Shown piece after piece: positions 47,066 through 50,348 of a stretch of 50,348 nucleotides of DNA; the first letter of the stretch is position 1; every line of letters begins with the position of its first letter. The notes under the pieces are model-generated. The model was not told the DNA's origin. It made no database searches and saw nothing but the letters and a program-made list of their open reading frames with translations. The DNA is taken from positions 1 through 50,348 of the forward strand of contig MQRK01212342.1 in assembly GCA_001938485.1 (NCBI GenBank), written 5' to 3'. The translations under genes were made by a program, and so were the position numbers. The DNA comes from Girardia tigrina (Eukaryota).

Positions 47066-47484
47066 TACAAGCTTTTATAATTTGTCATATGTTTGCGGTT
47101 CTGTATCTATTTCACCCACTTCCCGCATTAAAAGACTTGGATTGTAGTGATTTGTAATGATTTGTTGTATATAAATTTATTCAACTGAATAATTTTGCTC
47201 ACAAAAACCAAAGATGAGAAAGTTCATAGAAGTGTGATTTAAATCTGAAACAAGAAAGAGAGTTTTTGTTAAAACTTGGTCTCAATTGTCTTTAAGAACA
47301 CTTACTTTTCAAGAAAATATTAAAGAATGGTGAGAGAAAAAAAGTGAAAAAGTGTATTGTCACCTAAAATACATCAGTCCTGAAAGTTTCATGTCGCTAT
47401 GTGAACGGGAAGTGGATGAATTTTCGATCGCAAGATTTGATGCATCCAGACAGACAGACAAATGAAACGTAATAAAAGCTTGTA
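47066..47484. mobile_element. Non-autonomous palindromic element (Helentron/DINE-like hallmarks)
   Basis: TACAAGCTTTTAT / ATAAAAGCTTGTA ends; inner CCACTTCCCG / CGGGAAGTGG inverted pair; (CAGA)n microsatellite. Confidence 0.6.
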
Positions 47485-47501
47485 AAAATCGTTAATTCCA
47501 T

Positions 47502-47502
<1 letters not shown>

Positions 47503-47536
<34 letters not shown>
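47503..47536. repeat. (AT)n microsatellite
   Basis: Read directly. Confidence 0.95.
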
Positions 47537-47539
<3 letters not shown>

Positions 47540-48089
47540 AACAAGGTAATATAAAGCATGGAAGAAAAACCAAAAAAAATCTATTTAATACAGTTTAAAC
47601 ATTTGTGGATAATCGTAAAACGATTTTTTCAAAAACCATTTTTCGATTTACTATTTTTATCAAATTTTCACATCATATATTGTCATCAAAATGAGTAAGT
47701 GAGCAAAGTTTGAAGAAAAATTATTCAATATATAAAGCAAGTTAACATAAAGCATAGAAAAAACGATTCGAACAATAACTTTTCGAATTACATTTTAAAG
47801 ATAGAAAGTAATAACCAAAAGAAAATATAAAGGATTAATTGCCTCAAATCCTCTTCATTACAGTTTTGATTTGATTCAATATTATGGGACTAAAGGTATT
47901 GATTATAAAAATTATTTAAGCTGAATTATATTATTTATTATTTTGTGAGATTAAATATTATTTAATATAGGTTTTAATTTCAGTAATTGTTTTATTTTAT
48001 CAAACGCATTAAGATGTTTATTGAGAAATTTGGGATTTTAGTCAGTGCGATGATTTTAGACGTTGAATACCGCAGTTTATGAAGTTGTT

Positions 48090-48755
48090 TGTGTTGCAGA
48101 AGAAAACGAGCTGTGAAATCTACGATTTTTTCCAGTCAAACTACCTTCATTACTCACCATCTCTTACAACTGTGAAATATTGAATCAGAGAGTTTAAAGG
48201 TAGTAACACCTCCGTTTTTGATTAAGAAAAATCAACTCAGCCACAAGAAAAGTTTGACACAGTTGATGAAAAAATTGAGGTGGTCCATGAAGAACGTCGA
48301 ATGACCATGAAAATACTGTCAATGAAGCTCAACATTCATGTTAGTACAGCCCTTTCAAAATTTAAATCCATAGGTGTCAAAAAACTGTGATCCAGATGTG
48401 TACCTCGTTTCTTGACTTGTGAAATGATTCAAAACCGATTGGAGTGCAGTCAGAATAACTTGAACCTATAGGACCAACATGGTGAGACTTTTTTGACAAA
48501 TTTAATTACAAAAGATGAAATCCATTTCAGTACGTGTTAGCCGGAAACAAAGAGTGAGTTAGCATAGTGGAAACTATCTGGAGAGAAGCCATCTTTGAAG
48601 ATTCGAATGGGGACAAGTCATGATCGAGCGATGATGCTTTCCATTTACTGGGATTATAAAGTTGCCATTCTCATGGATTTCGCAGATAAAAGCATCAACA
48701 TCAATACCGCTTATTATTAGAATTTACTCGTGGAAACCACCAGAAAGAATAAAGA
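48090..48755 (+). mobile_element. Degraded mariner transposase fragment
   Basis: KKL*SRCVPRFLT, LITKDE and MLSIYWDYK...INTAYY remnants. Confidence 0.7.
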
Positions 48756-49460
48756 GAAGCAGAAGAACACTCCACGGCAATGTGCCAGTGAACAGAGAGG
48801 TTATGATAAAGGGCTTAGTTCACAGAGTTTGGAGTTTATCTTCTGATTTTGAAACCGCAAATCATGGTTTAAATATTCTTAGACAACACTTGATAGATAA
48901 CATGTACACAAACAAAAAGATAGATCAAAACATAAGGTTACATTGGACAATGTATGTACACAAACACGGGTTAGAAAATGATTAAATAAAGAAAACATTG
49001 AAGAGTACAAACAAATACTCAAAATACCATATTCTAAAGGATTTAAAGTATTTAAGAAAAGTATTTGCAAAAATATAAGTAGTGTAAAAGTAGTTTCAAT
49101 TACATCCAAAGTTCAAAGATTCCTCTCGAAAAAATCGAAAACGATTTGTGGATTGCAAACTAATCTGGTATATAAATTTGCTTGTCATGAGTGTAAAACC
49201 TCGTACATTAGAGAGACAAATCGTCATCTCAAAACCCGAATTAGTGAGTATTCATAATCAAGTCAATCGAGTAAGGTTCTTGATCATTGATTACACTGTA
49301 AAAAAAACTCTTCTGTTTCAAAGGATGAGTTTTCTGTTTTATAGAAGGGCTTTGATATCCACTATAAGCAGAAGTTTTTTTAATCATTATTAATAAGACA
49401 CTATAACCCATTAATAAATATTCGAAATGGTCAAAGTGATTTCTTGATTTCTAAACTTTT
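48756..49460 (+). mobile_element. Penelope-like element fragment (post-RT linker and GIY-YIG)
   Basis: MIKGLVHRVWSLSS...LIDNMY; TNLVYKFACHECKTSYIRETNRHLKTRISEY. Confidence 0.82.
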
Positions 49461-49797
49461 AAAAAAAATAAAAAAATCAAAGAAAAATATATGTTTATGC
49501 AAAAGGAAAAGTGAACCGAAAACGACAGAACTATATTTTCAACAAATTATGATTAAAGAAAAAAAATGTTGAACTAAAATTAAACATACTTTATTTTAAT
49601 AAACGAAACAACAAAAAAGCAAAGAAGCGAAAAAATATATTAGGGAACCACGCTGAAACTACATACAACTGTCGATCTACGTCAAAACTTGGAACAGCAA
49701 GAGTGTGGATATACAAAAAATTGTTCATGTGAATAAACATTGACAACTAATCGAATTCGTGTTATTTAGTTTCGTCATATTCAATTATCGTCTACTA

Positions 49798-50056
49798 ATG
49801 GTTTGTGGAACACGCGCGGGTGTGAGATCGCATGTTTATATCGCTTCCCCTCATCATAATCATTCTTTGAGTAATGCATTGAGCACCTCGATTACTATAT
49901 CAAACGGTGTCGAACTCGGTAATCAAGAAGCGAGTGGAATCTCGGATCAGCTCGCCAACGGAAACAACGTCCGAACGGCGGCTCTTCGTCGTCCGTGTCA
50001 CGGTGCTGGCGGGTGTGGTGGCGACCCTTCGAACGTTCGAGGGCCACCAAAACATG
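49798..50056 (+). other. GC-rich open frame, possible exon of an unidentified gene or TE cargo
   Basis: Part of ORF 49759..50178; candidate donor G|GTAAAT at 50057; no recognisable domain. Confidence 0.25.
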
Positions 50057-50313
50057 GTAAATTTTATCTACCGACAACAGTTCCTTTTCCCCTAGAATTT
50101 CCGCCCCCAGCCCCTCGGCGCGCCTCAATCGAAACCCGGAGCTCATCCCGGGCACTTCAGACCACAACTTTTACATAACTAAATTACGAAATATATTAAC
50201 TGCTAATTTTAATTGCTGATGATAGAAGAAGAATTTCAGAAACATGAAAAATTTCTTAAAAAAGCTTTGACAAAATTATTTTTTCAAAAATATTAAATTA
50301 TCATTCACAAGAC

Positions 50314-50318
<5 letters not shown>

Positions 50319-50348
<30 letters not shown>
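50319..50348. repeat. (AT)n microsatellite at window end
   Basis: Read directly. Confidence 0.95.

Overview
AT-rich, intron-containing animal genomic DNA; composition, many ~50-nt introns and the TE repertoire suggest a planarian/flatworm-like host (inference). The main host gene is CFAP70 (TTC18, motile-cilium TPR protein) on the minus strand. I traced 19 GT-AG exons with consistent phases from ATG 33504 down to 621 (2404 nt, ~801 codons); the gene runs off the left edge. Its long introns and the upstream 17 kb are packed with mobile DNA: DD34D mariners, a two-headed Tc1 derivative, a near-intact IS630/Gambol-like DD34E element, hAT elements and MITEs (one resembling SPIN/URR1), piggyBac MITEs, a Mutator/Phantom-like element with GC-rich cargo, Gypsy integrase fragments with very short LTRs, and three Penelope-like fragments, two ending in minimal hammerhead ribozymes. 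A disrupted AGAP (centaurin-gamma) GTPase-like-domain copy abuts a hAT transposase. There are two assembly gaps. No wholly new biological system is demonstrable from sequence alone. The best leads are the Penelope hammerheads, the unidentified cargo element, the SPIN-like MITE and the AGAP fragment. All family calls come from recalled motifs, not database searches.
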